From Phoronis australis (taxonomy: Eukaryota > Animalia > Phoronida), in contig NMRA01000025.1 of NCBI GenBank assembly GCA_002633005.1, positions 537,900 through 601,899 on the forward strand: 64,000 nucleotides of DNA. The letters are read 5' to 3'. Positions 22,404 through 34,657 of this stretch are shown here, piece by piece. A model generated the notes under the pieces. That model did no database searches and was not told the origin of the DNA. It saw only the letters and a program-made list of their open reading frames with translations. Every line of letters begins with the position of its first letter. Position 1 is the stretch's first letter. Made by a program: the position numbers and the translations under genes.

Positions 22404-23768
22404 ATGTGGAGGTTTCCGTCAAGAAGATTGTTTTTCGTCGCCATATTCGTGATACCGTGTCTCTTGACCACATATTTTTATCGGACGAATCCCAATCTCC
22501 GGTATGACCATACGCGCTTCTTGAGCACCGACAATGTGGTGCATTTGTCGAAGGCGATTTCTTCAAAACAGATGGATAAATACGATGAATTCATCACAGA
22601 AAGGTTTCAGGAGATCTCCGATGGAATCGACTCAAAAACGACTAAAATTAAACAGCTGAGGAAAAATACTAAAGATAAATATAATCATATTCCTGTATTA
22701 TCAACGCCTCGTAACAAGGTTGTCGAGTCTGAAGAAACATTTTCGGGTAACCTCTATTCTGTAGACCTACCGGAAAACTTGAAGGGTTCAAGAAATCCCA
22801 ATTCACTCATCTCAGAAGATATTGTTGAAGAAAATTCAGAATCACGAAATGAGGTAAAGAACAAAGAGGAGGGGGAGGAGGGGGAGGACTTCGATTCCTA
22901 CTATTTGCGGAAGGTGCCACTTTCGACAGTAGAGTGGTATAAACGCTCCAACTTTTCCACTGGAGACATTACGTTTAAGATTGCAAACAACGACATCTGT
23001 GGAAGGAGGCAGCCAGTATATGTTGTAGTCATGGTTACAAGCGCACCACCTAATTTTAGAGAACGACAAGAATTTCGGAAAACGTGGGGAAGTATTAAGA
23101 GGACGGAAAACAAAAACATTTTGACACAATTCGTAATTGGCACAACGGATAATAGGAGTGTGCAAAACCGCATTGAAAGGGAAAGCAAAAAATACAACGA
23201 TGTCGTACAGACAAATTTTCGTGACGACTATTATAATTTGACTCTGAAATCTATGTCAATTATGAAATGGGCGAAATATTTTTGCCCGTCGTCGAGATTC
23301 TTAGTAAAGACAGACGACGATATGTTAGTAATGTACCAAAATTTAGTGAAATTTCTAATCAGAGTAAGTGCAAATAGGACAACCGAAAATTTCTACTCTG
23401 GTTACATTTATCGGAAGACAACACCATTTCGAGAAAAGTCTCATAAATGGTACCTGAGCTACGACGATTTTCCTGAAACATATTTTCCATCGTATGCAGC
23501 TGGTATGTTCTATGTCTTATCGACAAGCTTGGCCTCTAAGATGTACACAATTTCCAAAAACTTTCCCTTGATTTCAATGGAAGATGTCTACGTCGGACTA
23601 TTAGCTCGTCACCTGGAGGTGACGCCGCTACATAACTCCAGAATAGACCCACGCGGTACAAAACATTCGTATTGCCGATACAAACACTGGTATATTGCTG
23701 TTCATTACTTATTTGAAGCTAGGCTGTTCATATGGAAAGCTATGAAAGAACGAGGTGACGAGTGTTAA
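22404..23768 (+). CDS. Beta-1,3-galactosyltransferase-like (GT31 family), type II membrane protein, single coding exon, 454 aa from ATG 22404
   Basis: Short basic N-terminus, then a TM segment (LFFVAIFVIPCLLTTYF) and a stem. GT31 motifs: VMVTSAPPNFRERQEFRKTW, DDYYNLTLKS, FLVKTDDD (DxD), FPSYAAGMFYVLS, EDVYVG. The exact paralog (B3GALT1/2/5-like) cannot be resolved by eye. Confidence 0.92.
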   Translation: MWRFPSRRLFFVAIFVIPCLLTTYFYRTNPNLRYDHTRFLSTDNVVHLSKAISSKQMDKYDEFITERFQEISDGIDSKTTKIKQLRKNTKDKYNHIPVLSTPRNKVVESEETFSGNLYSVDLPENLKGSRNPNSLISEDIVEENSESRNEVKNKEEGEEGEDFDSYYLRKVPLSTVEWYKRSNFSTGDITFKIANNDICGRRQPVYVVVMVTSAPPNFRERQEFRKTWGSIKRTENKNILTQFVIGTTDNRSVQNRIERESKKYNDVVQTNFRDDYYNLTLKSMSIMKWAKYFCPSSRFLVKTDDDMLVMYQNLVKFLIRVSANRTTENFYSGYIYRKTTPFREKSHKWYLSYDDFPETYFPSYAAGMFYVLSTSLASKMYTISKNFPLISMEDVYVGLLARHLEVTPLHNSRIDPRGTKHSYCRYKHWYIAVHYLFEARLFIWKAMKERGDEC

Positions 23769-25584
23769 AACAAAATGTAGTTTTAAGCGTATTTTGTGTC
23801 ATTAAAATGTGAATATAGCAAAGTCTGTTATTTTAATCCTAAGTGGCATATCTTTTATTCGCCACGACACACTACGACAGAAAATTATTTCCATTCTAGA
23901 TCGGATCTTAATTGCGAGGAAAGAAGGAAGTCAAAATGCCATTCATTGTGAGAGTGCGCGTTTAATCATACGTATGTATTCGTCTTGATTGTAAATAAAC
24001 ATATCGCTGTCAAGGCAAGGACAATTTCTACACCAATGTGTAACAGGCGGTCTATTTCGGGATATCCGCTGTTAGACTGTAAGTAAAAGGGTCGAACGGG
24101 CTTACCATATGCGCTCTGCAAGTCCGGTCGTAGCTGAAACGGTCGCAGGTACCGCGTTATTGTTAATAGGACGCTGACGTATTCGGATATTAGGGACATT
24201 TATCATTGTCGAAAACGTATACTTGGATTACTGTTCCTTGGAAGAGACTTTCTTGAAGTTTTTAGCTTTGACTCAACTGTTAAAATTAACGCAACAAAAT
24301 ATGATGTGTTAGCGTTTTTGTTACAAATCGCCAATTCTCGCTGACGTCTGCCAGACATTCGTTTAAAATCACGCCGCACGATTCGAGTTTTTCTAATTTT
24401 CATGACCTCGCGCGATCGAAGTATGCAAATGTAATGATCAATTTTCAAGTCCAGTTTCGAGTATCATAAATCAGATTCCATACGCCCGCCTTGAACTACT
24501 GCTTTCTCAACCAGACGTCTTATATGCCCTAATTCCATGCTTGAACTTATTATTACCTATAATATATATATAGACACGTTTAAAAAAGGCCGGTGAATCC
24601 CGCCGTGAAGGCTGTGGTGTCTATGAATGTGACCTAATTGTTATGCAGTGACATTGCACAAACGAGACACACGCTCTCTTGTGTACATTTCGTGTCGATC
24701 GGATAAGCAAATTATGTTACCTGTAGCGAGCAAACAAAAAACTAGCAAAAAATCACAGCTTAGTAACAGACTTGGAGACGGACTCATTCATTGGCCGTTT
24801 GCTATTACTCCGGTTCCCCCGGTATTCCCCCGTCATGGACGCAAAGCTACCCAGGTCGGATTAGCCTGTTTTTCGTGTTTCGCCTGGTCACTGTATCTGC
24901 GTCAACTGGTAAAACCATGACTGGGCCAAGGATTGAACTGGCGAACTTTGGTTGAGAAAACTCTCTGATTTACCAGCCAATGATCCGCGCTGTTACTATA
25001 ACGCCCTCAGGGCAAATTTTTTAGAACAATATAACTTTCTTTAAAAGGCTAAAAGATCTCTGTTTTGTGAAGGAAATGTAGTTTCTCGTATTCTAGAATA
25101 ATTCCTTTCCATTGGTTGATTTTTTCGCCGGCAGTCACTACAATAAGGTATCACCGCCTGTTTGTATTTAGTTTTAATGACCTACTTTCCTTAAATAAAG
25201 AGCATTTTATTTAGGACACTTGTCGCTGTAAATGTGGCCTTAAACTAATCTTGGACGGCCGCGGGCCTAAGCCGCATGAAAAGAACTCTATGTGGAAACC
25301 CTCACCAGTCGAAATAGGCCGGACTTGACCGGTGTACGTGCCTCGAAATCTGCCACCTTGATCACAGACAACCATACTATTGCAGGTAATTACATCGCCT
25401 CAGACAGCGGCAGTGATCAGATTCATTTCAAACGCACTGGGAGCGACAATAGTATTTTAAGTTTTCGTTTTGAAGTTCTTTACACGGCATATTTGAACAG
25501 TTCGTGAAAACAATACGTGACTAGGTTTTGAAGTTTGAAAATCGGACAAGAGCTGTGATATTTGTAACCAAAAACTTTTGTATA

Positions 25585-27927
25585 CAGTGGCGGATCTACG
25601 GGGGGTTCAGGGGGTTTAACCCCCCCACTTGGGCCAGGACCCAAAAATAAAAAAGAACAAAAACGTCTCCAGCAAAACAAAAACGGCACCTCTAGCGTGT
25701 GTAAACCCCAAGTAAACCAACTTGGAAAAAATTGAGGGGGTTCACTCTGGAAATATAATTTTTTTGCGTTGTGAATTACTGAGTCTTCGTGGCTCATCGG
25801 CAAAACGCGCGGAGATCAACTGTGCGCGCGCTTCCGTCGACACTTCTGAAGTAGCCAAGCATTTTAGATGAATCCGGCGCTGAAAGAGCAGCTCTATAGT
25901 TGATTTCTTTAGGTTACTAGTTTCTTTACTCTAAGATATGTTTTGATTTGATTAGGGGAAATACTGTACGTGTTGCCGCAACCCTGATATTCAGGAGAAT
26001 TGACGTGCAACGTTTTTACCTCATCTGTCATGCCGTGTCATTCTTTGACACTCCACACGTTTGTAACTGATGTACAGTAAAGTTGTCTTGCGCAATATCA
26101 TGTACATGTACTATTTTTGAAAAAATCTTTTTCCGAACAATTGCTATTGTGGCGGGCGCCGTGGTCTGGTCGCGAGTACGTTTGAAGATACACTCTAACA
26201 AGTTATGTCTATACAAGGAATGACCAAGGGGGAACTCACATTGACAAAATGACCGCATTCGCAAACAGTATACAGTACCAGAAATTGCGGGGAGGCTGTT
26301 CTTTCACGACAAAGTCTTGCGGGACTCGCCGTGCGATGTTCAGTAGGCCTCCTAAGGAGCCCTAGTTCCGACCTCAACACCTAACGTCTTTCTACCTGCA
26401 GTAAGCACACTGCCGTCTTCTATACTGGGTATTTCCGCAGAAAGGCCCACCCGATGAAACGCTCATGCCCATGGGCATATATTTGATGTTAGTGCTTCGG
26501 GTTTCAAGCGTTCAGACATTGGGACGTTTATTTCGAAAATTGCAAGAGTTGCAAATAGGTCCTGGGATACATTGTCAAGGTTTGAAGTAGTCCATGATGA
26601 ACGGATCAAATTTAGTTGCGCATGTAAGTCTTTTGAATGAACTTGGCAACCTCAAGGGTCTTCGTGCCAACTGAGCTGCGAAACGCGATGCTGACATTGT
26701 AGAGGCTTACAAGCTCATTGACACAGCAGTTGACGAAGTGCAAGCGTTGGGAACAAACATCGAAGATATCTAGGTAGAATGGTTCCAAGACGAGCAAACC
26801 ATTGATCCGATACACAGATTTCTCGGCAGTCTAGACAACAGAAGGATAGAACTAACGTATGAGTAACCACTGGGGATTAAAAAGTAGAGAGAAGTTTTCA
26901 ATTCAAATTTTTTTGCAAAGTACACTTTAGGTCTCGGGACGGACCAGGCCAGCTTGATTTGTGTAGATGTTGAGTTTCAGTATACTTCTGGTCCCTCGGC
27001 GAACTAATCTTATGTTTTTTTACCAAAGTGTGCTTTGTAAAACTACTTGTCTCAGCCAGTACTGTTTGGTCCCGCGACAGATCGACTATTTTTATAGGGA
27101 TAATAAGCACAGGTGTACTCTTGGTCTCGTGACGGACCAAGTCAGCCTTTTTGTGTACTCTCAGAGTGTACATCTGGTCCCTCTGTAAACTAGTCCAGTA
27201 TATCTTTTCACCACAGTGCACAGGATGTTTTGGTTTCGTGAAACTATTTTCAGATGATTTGTTTCCTGAAACATTTGACGTTTTTCAATTGTTGTCAACG
27301 TGATTCAGCTTAATAAAGTGATACTTAATTATTTATTGTTGCTTTTAATAATAGACTATGAGAGCACCCGGCATCGTTCGCCAGTTTTTCTCGTAACGAG
27401 ACAGAACACATGTTTATTTCCGGACTAACAGTACAGGTCTTCGTTCTTAAACAACTTGAGGCTGCTGTTACGCGATCATCTGATATTCAAGTTTTTACGC
27501 CCCGTCGGTGCTCCTGATGCTCTTGAATATTTGGAAGTTGTCTAAACCCCTGTATACACACCACACTTTTTCGTACACGACTTTTCGTATGCTAAAAAAG
27601 TGTGTGTAAGCAGATGTTCCAACAAAAAATTTTGCTGGTGGCGTGCCGGACTCATACCTAGATGTGCACAACATGGTTTCACGAAACTTATGAGCCAAGT
27701 TCATGTGACGAAATCGAGAAGGGTTTTTAATTATCTTATGAAAAACTCCAGAGACATGTTAAGTGCCAAAAACTTAGCAGTATGCATGGAAATTTCACTA
27801 TTTGCTACAAAAACCAAAAAATGTCTACCCCCTCCCGACCTCCCCCTGATCGGCGCCACGCGCCTAGGATTCGACCTTTGCGAGAATTCTAAACCCTCCC
27901 CTTACTGAAAACGTAGATCCGCCACTA
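25585..27927. mobile_element. 2.3-kb non-autonomous hAT-like element with 16-bp TIRs and 5-bp TSD
   Basis: Termini cagtggcggatctacg / cgtagatccgccacta. TSD gtata at 25580-25584 and 27928-27932. No recognisable transposase ORF. Confidence 0.75.
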
Positions 27928-28237
27928 GTATAATATGTTGTAATATTACGCTCCTCATTAATTCTGCTGGGAGTACAACATAATAAGCCAAATACCAAAC
28001 CACCAGGCTGCAGTTGTATTTTGAGGTAAATCAAGCGTCATTTTTCAATTCTTGGCATGGCCGGAGTGGGTTTATCATGAGTCCCTTCTAATCTCAGGCA
28101 AGGGAAATCTTAGATGCTACCAAAGCAAATGTTTGCCAGAAAGGTAACTTTGAAACAACTAGCTTTGTAGACTATAGGTCTGGGGCCGAACCGGCGGATG
28201 AGCCTGAGGACTAGGCCGAATACCAAGAGTACTGACG

Positions 28238-28390
28238 GTTGGGTGGATCCAGGATTTTTCAGTAGGGGGCAGGGCATATAAGCCAGGATTTTGCCCGTCA
28301 TCGACATTCGCACCCCCGAAGAGCCAGATGAAATCTGGGAGAATTTTAGTGGGCCATGGCCCCCTTGGCCCCCCTCTAAATCCGCCACTA
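28238..28390 (+). mobile_element. Copy of the about 160-bp hAT-like MITE
   Basis: Aligns with 17241-17402 and ends aaatccgccacta. TSD not evident. Confidence 0.65.
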
Positions 28391-30742
28391 TAGGTTACCT
28401 TTTTTGCATAATGCATTTTACCCCCAGACTCCCAAGAATTGCGGACGCCCGCGATGTCACAAGATCTATTAAAAAGCTTTCCCCACTGATAATCCGCATT
28501 GGAGCCATATTTTTTTAATTTGAAGCCCAAAGCCGCCAGTTCGATTTCAAAAAACAATATTGAGTTTCTTGCATATTCCACTCACAGGTCCCGACGGCCC
28601 TTGGCCATGCAGCAGTTGATGTTGACGGATTTTGTATGTGATAAAATAAACACAGTCTTAGACGGAAGCCATCTTTATTCCAACTCCCTCNAGTTCGATT
28701 TCAAAAAACAATATTGAGTTTCTTGCATATTCCACTCACAGGTCCCGACGGCCCTTGGCCATGCAGCTACTCTGATCCGATCACTAAGAACGTGACTTAG
28801 TCTACTCATACGCCTCAGTCAAAACGAGGCGATTTGCAATTTGCAGTCCATTTTTTTGTTTTGTTTTTAATTCGACTTTCGGGTCTGAAGTTTATTTTTA
28901 TCTTTCGGTTGCCGCGGAGATACGGTCTCAGTCTCGCTCTGGCCCACGTACTCACTGACGCGCGTGGGTCGAACCCTGACTCAAGTCAGTCGCCGCCGGT
29001 CTGAGAGTACGAATAAATACGAAATGCAGGTGTTCCATCTGAACTGCTACTAGTAAATCGGATAATAATTCGTTGCGTGTTTAAACAACTGAAAAAATAA
29101 CCGCGGCCGGATTCTAGGCCGGCGCTGCCCGAGTTTCCCGGCTCAGTGACTGATCGCGTGCCACTCAGTACTCAAGTTGCGTTTAAGCGGTGTTGTAAGA
29201 GGTAGAGGAATGGAAAAGATTCTGTTTTGTGCTCTGAAGTTTGTGTTTATTGATTATCAGACCTCGTATTCAACTTTGCATTCGACACAGGCAAACTCCA
29301 TCCAGTTTAGTACGGTTCCACGGAGGCTACTGATATGTCATGGCTCCAGCATCTTTTATGTGTACTTGGGCGTCCCGATCATGTTCGGGTCATCTAGATT
29401 GATTCGCATTCGCAAAATTTGTACATAGTTTCGACCTTTTAAGGGGAGACCGTGAGTGTCAGAACCGGCTGTATCCGATCGGTTGTGTCATGTCTTTCGC
29501 TTCACGCTGACTGTTTTCCTCGTATCTTGTTTTGAATTACTCATTACTGAAGCCATTCCTACACCTTTTCCGTATGCTAATTTTATGTAGCAACTAATTT
29601 TCTCTTTTTTTCGGTAACTAGCAGTTATGCTAATGTTTCTTTTGTTCTATCTATCCTCACCGGTTTAAAATAATTGTATAACTTACTTACTTACTTACTT
29701 TAGGCCTATTAGATACTCGGTTCACATGCTGGCGTTGTCAAAATCGAAATATTCTTTTTGTTACTCGACCGGAAGTATAATGAAAACCGGAAAACAGAAT
29801 CAGTGGAACGAAACGTGCTTTTCACTGACAGCTGACTTGGTACTGTTGGATTTCAGACCCTGGGTTGACTTTCTGGCTAGCTGTAAGTATCTGAGGCATC
29901 GCTTTCCACGAATGCCTGTTAACCGTATGAAAAACTACCATATCGTCTCCCTATGACGATGAATATCGGAACAACCTACACGACACAGTCACTAGCCATC
30001 TACACATAGTGTACCTAATTATCGGACGGAACCTAAATATCGGACATTTCATAAAATCTTACTTGAAGCATAATCTGNGGTACTTTTTCGAAAGTTGATC
30101 GCATGGCAGAAAATCGTGCGCTAAAAAAAGCTTACAAAAAATGATTTATCAGCGATAATTTGAGACAAAAAGATTACAAACTTACAAATAAAGTCTAAGG
30201 TAACGATTTATAGCACAAAATTGCCTTATAGTTAATTTTAAAATCTGGAATCGGGTAATTTACCGACGTGGGTTTTACACGGAGGCAGATATGGAGCACC
30301 GTGACCTACTTTTTGATTGTCCTCCCTATTACTAGGCCACTAGGGTAGGGAGGACAACGTTTTTACTTTTTTTACAATGCCCATGGTCATGTGTCATACA
30401 TTTTTGAAAAGACCCTGGTGTGAGAAATGAAATGGTGCAAAAGCATAAAAATTGGGTGAGCGGTTACCGAGAAAATGGCCGTTGAAACGTGACGATTATG
30501 CGTAAAATATCTGCCTTTCTACATAATGTCGTAAAACATGAAAGAATATGTGCTGCATATCAAAAGATTCGTCTCATTGAGACAAACATAGTGGTATGTA
30601 TTATATACAATTTGGATCGATTTCTACAGAGGTGTTGTTTTGGTCTGTTGTTAGCATATATAACAGGAGCATCATTGATGAAAACAATGAATTACACAGC
30701 TTAAAACTGAGCTAGGAGGAAATTTCACATCATACCACAAGA

Positions 30743-32139
30743 TAGGCAATGACCATCGCCTCTGTTGGCCCGAACCAGAAGCGATGCAGAGGCTATAGGC
30801 GCTCTGTACGCCGGAAGCTTTTCGGCGAATTATGCCTCGCACCGACTAAACCATCAAAGTCACGTTGTTATAAATACCTTTTGCGCATAGAGGAACACCT
30901 TAGGCGGTTGTCGATGTGTTTAAGTCCTTCCAACTCGAACAAATACTCCCGTTATGAAACTTTTTCTTCGATCAGTCCCTATTTCAGTTCNNNNNNNNNN
31001 NNNNNNNNNNNNNNNNNNNNNNNNNNNNNNNNNNNNNNNNNNNNNNNNNNNNNNNNNNNNNNNNNNNNNNNNNNNNNNNNNNNNNNNNNNNNNNNNNNNN
31101 NNNNNNNNNNNNNNNNNNNNNNNNNNNNNNNNNNNNNNNNNNNNNNNNNNNNNNNNNNNNNNNNNNNNNNNNNNNNNNNNNNNNNNNNNNNNNNNNNNNN
31201 NNNNNNNNNNNNNNNNNNNNNNNNNNNNNNNNNNNNNNNNNNNNNNNNNNNNNNNNNNNNNNNNNNNNNNNNNNNNNNNNNNNNNNNNNNNNNNNNNNNN
31301 NNNNNNNNNNNNNNNNNNNNNNNNNNNNNNNNNNNNNNNNNNNNNNNNNNNNNNNNNNNNNNNNNNNNNNNNNNNNNNNNNNNNNNNNNNNNNNNNNNNN
31401 NNNNNNNNNNNNNNNNNNNNNNNNNNNNNNNNNNNNNNNNNNNNNNNNNNNNNNNNNNNNNNNNNNNNNNNNNNNNNNNNNNNNNNNNNNNNNNNNNNNN
31501 NNNNNNNNNNNNNNNNNNNNNNNNNNNNNNNNNNNNNNNNNNNNNNNNNNNNNNNNNNNNNNNNNNNNNNNNNNNNNNNNNNNNNNNNNNNNNNNNNNNN
31601 NNNNNNNNNNNNNNNNNNNNNNNNNNNNNNNNNNNNNNNNNNNNNNNNNNNNNNNNNNNNNNNNNNNNNNNNNNNNNNNNNNNNNNNNNNNNNNNNNNNN
31701 NNNNNNNNNNNNNNNNNNNNNNNNNNNNNNNNNNNNNNNNNNNNNNNNNNNNNNNNNNNNNNNNNNNNNNNNNNNNNNNNNNNNNNNNNNNNNNNNNNNN
31801 NNNNNNNNNNNNNNNNNNNNNNNNNNNNNNTAGCGAGCGCGGTAAAAATTGGAGCGTGCGCAGTATAAAAATGGTGAGTTCACGATTTTGGGAACTGAAA
31901 TAGGGACTGCTCGAAGAAAAAGTTTGATAATGGGAGTATTTGTTCGAGTTGGAAGGAATTAAACACATCGACAACCTCCTCAGGTGTTCCTCTATGCGCA
32001 AAAGGTATTTATAACAACGTGACTTTGATGGTTTAGTCGGTGCGAGGCATAATTCGCCGAAAAGCTTCTGGCGTACAGAGCGCCTATAGCCTCTGCATCG
32101 CCTCTGGTTCGGGCCAACAGAGGCGATGGTCATTGCCTA
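30743..32139. mobile_element. Second copy of the Mutator-like long-TIR element (centre lost in N gap), perfect 9-bp TSD
   Basis: Same TIRs as 15136-16065. TSD accacaaga at 30734-30742 and 32140-32148. Confidence 0.88.
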
Positions 32140-32151
32140 ACCACAAGATAA

Positions 32152-32308
32152 TATTGATGGATTTGGGGGGGGCAAGGGGACCATGGCCCCCCTAAAACTC
32201 TCAGATTTCATTTGGCAGTTCGAGGGTGCAAATATCTTGCGGGTAAATTCCTGCCAAATACTTTGCTCTGCCCCCCCCTCCTAAGTAAAAATCTTGGGTA
32301 TGCCCCTG
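32152..32308 (-). mobile_element. Inverted, diverged copy of the about 160-bp hAT-like MITE
   Basis: Reverse complement starts caggggcatacccaagatttt and ends aaatccatcaata. Confidence 0.55.
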
Positions 32309-32919
32309 AATCACAGGCCCCTTTAAGTAGCCCTCTACAATATAATATAATAAAGAGAAAGGTACACAACTGATATTCAATATGGCCGTCTGCCGGCCAT
32401 TTCCGGAATAACCCCAAGCACGTCAAATCTGAGAGTAATTTAACTCAAACATTGTATCTGCGACCATTTGTTGACATCGAAACCAATAAATATCATAAAT
32501 ACCTCCAGATCTTCCTAGTTCAATCGTCAACATTCACGACAAAGGGAAAAGCACGAAGGCTTCATATCAGTNCCCCCCCTCCTAACTAAAAATCTTGGGT
32601 ATGCCCCTGAATCACAGGCCCCTTTAAGTAGCCCCCTACAATATAATATAATAAAGAGAAAGGTACACAACTGATATTCAATATGGCTGTCTGCCGGCCA
32701 TTTCCGGAATAACCCCAAGCACGTCAAATCTGAGAGTAATTTAACTCAAACATTGTATCTGCGACCATTTGTTGACATCGAAACCAATAAATATTATAAA
32801 TACCTCCAGATCTTCCTAGTTCAATCGTCAACATTCACGACAAAGGGAAAAGCACGAAGGCTTCATATCAGTTTTGTCTAATGCGCATGCTAATGAGGTG
32901 ACGCTATTTCTCCGTTTTC

Positions 32920-33901
32920 AGATGGATTTGACCTAGTTTGCGCCACCTAGTTTGCGCCACCTAGTTTGCGCCACCTAGTGGCCATTTTTACTGTTTTTGA
33001 GTCTGTTTTTGGCGTCCACTCGTCTATCAACCAAACCGCTTTCAGGATAATTGTGAAAATTGGCATGTGTGTTTTTACTATGAAGTTGATGGCTGACGAT
33101 GATTTTCCGACTACTCTGGCGCCTCCTAGTGGTAGTTTTGTTTTTTGCGCTCATGGCTGTATCTCCTAAACTGTTTGCAGGATCTTAACTTTATTCAGCA
33201 AGTGTATTTATATGATGTTGACAACGGACGACGTCGATTTTCGGACGGATCTGACTACTGGTATGCCCCCTAGTGGCAATTTTAGTTTTTTAGGTTTACC
33301 AGTCTGTATCTTCAAAGGTCCTCAACAGATTTTCTTAAAATTTTGAATATAGACATCTATTGGTGATGTGGTGCTATTATCTTGTTTTTGGATGGAAGCG
33401 AGATATTTTGCGCCACCTAGTGGTCATTTTTGCTATTTCCAAATCTTGTTTTTGGCATCCACCCCTTGATCAACCAAATCATTCTAAGGATGGTTTTGAA
33501 AATTGGCGTATGTGTGAAGAGGAGCTTTGATGATGACGACTGACTGCTGTGGCGCCTCCTAGTGGTAGTTTTGTTTTGTTTTTCCCCATAGCTGTATCTC
33601 CAAAACCCACTACAGGATCTTTATTAAATCTAGTATGTGAAGACCACATACAATGACTTTTAGGCAGATCGAACGGACGCTGTGCTCACAAGTATCAATT
33701 TCATTCTGTTCTGTTTTCCTTTTGTTTCTCTGAAGTTCCTTGGCAGATTTTTATGAAATATGGCATGTTCCCATTTTTGGATGGATTGTACATTTTTGCA
33801 CCAGCTAGTGGCCATTTTTATGATACATATAAATAACCCTAAAAGCACACCATTTGCGATGCATTTGTGAGTGCATTTCAATGCTCCGCGTTGCTCTTGT
33901 T
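32920..33901 (-). mobile_element. Inverted HINE copy with about 6 central repeat units
   Basis: Ends ctccgcgttgctcttgtt, the reverse complement of the 11489 terminus. Units are homologous to 11520-12076. Confidence 0.72.
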
Positions 33902-34002
33902 AATGACACTAATTTTCAGATTTCAGATTTTATCTTACCACTTTTTTATATCGGCGTATACGTAGTATACAGCTTTGTACCAAGGCTACTAGCCAGCCAG
34001 AT

Positions 34003-34119
34003 ACTAAGCTAGCTGTATGAAGACTATCGTCAAAATACAGCTAGCTACCTCTGCGTGTTCAGCGGGAAATGATGACAGCTTCACAGCAGCAAAATTTCTT
34101 CCGAGATTCAGTTTGCTGG
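34003..34119. repeat. 117-bp dispersed direct repeat with a terminal hairpin (second copy 35228-35344)
   Basis: The two copies are near-identical; stem agctagctgtat / atacagctagct. Confidence 0.85.
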
Positions 34120-34409
34120 GGCTCGATATAAACCAAACTGCCAATAGCTTTATCAAACTATTTATTTCGCAGATTTCAATCCTGTAACAAATAAAACAAT
34201 ATTTACAATGGGCTTGAACCAGATACAATTCACGGTATATCATTTACATAGATCTGCCACATTATATGTTATGAGAAACACATAGTTAGCAATTCATCTA
34301 TTTCACTAAACAGTTTACACATACTAGAATAAACAAAAAATAAGGAAACACCTACTAAGTCAATATGGGTTAAATGATCTTCGGCTGCCTTTTTGATTAA
34401 TGATTCGTA

Positions 34410-34657
34410 TAGAAAATAATAAAAATAATCGCAGGCGGTCTGATACACGTTGTATCAGACGTGCGCAGGCCTCGCATGTGGGCCCATTGCACTGATCACC
34501 TGGAAATATTTTTATGCTTTATTGATATATGGTTAAAACTGAGCTGAGGAGCTAGAAACCTGGCTCAGGGGTTTAGCAGTGTGACCTGGTGGGACTTGAA
34601 CCCACAACCTCGAGTAAAGAAAGCGGGCACTTATCAACCGGGCCACACTGCCTCCTC
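34410..34657 (-). mobile_element. tRNA-derived SINE, full length, 12-bp TSD
   Basis: A-box-like tggcccggttgg-type head and B-box ggttcaagtccc; T/A-rich tail; TSD taatgattcgta (34398-34409, 34658-34669). A homologous copy lies at 49671. Confidence 0.8.

Noticed and set aside
22842-23197. Antisense ORFs within the GT31 gene (similar ones overlap GFM1 and RIC3 exons)
   Set aside because: These are shadow ORFs of real coding sequence, with no independent evidence.
26028-26815. Transposase remnants inside the 2.3-kb hAT-like element
   Set aside because: I found no hAT dimerization, BED or DDE motif in the listed ORFs or the frames I translated.
30749-32133. Long ORFs of 299-384 aa (also 8732-9064)
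   Set aside because: They are read-through of N gaps.
32270-32871. About 300-bp tandem duplication (similar case at 28538-28768)
   Set aside because: The copies are joined at single n characters (32572, 28691).
34583-34657. tRNA gene candidate (also tRNA-like bits near 2900-2965, 4685-4740, 24925-25005, 35110-35165, 36000-36065)
   Set aside because: A/B-box-like motifs without a full cloverleaf. The 34.6-kb one is a SINE head, and the others are probably decayed SINEs.
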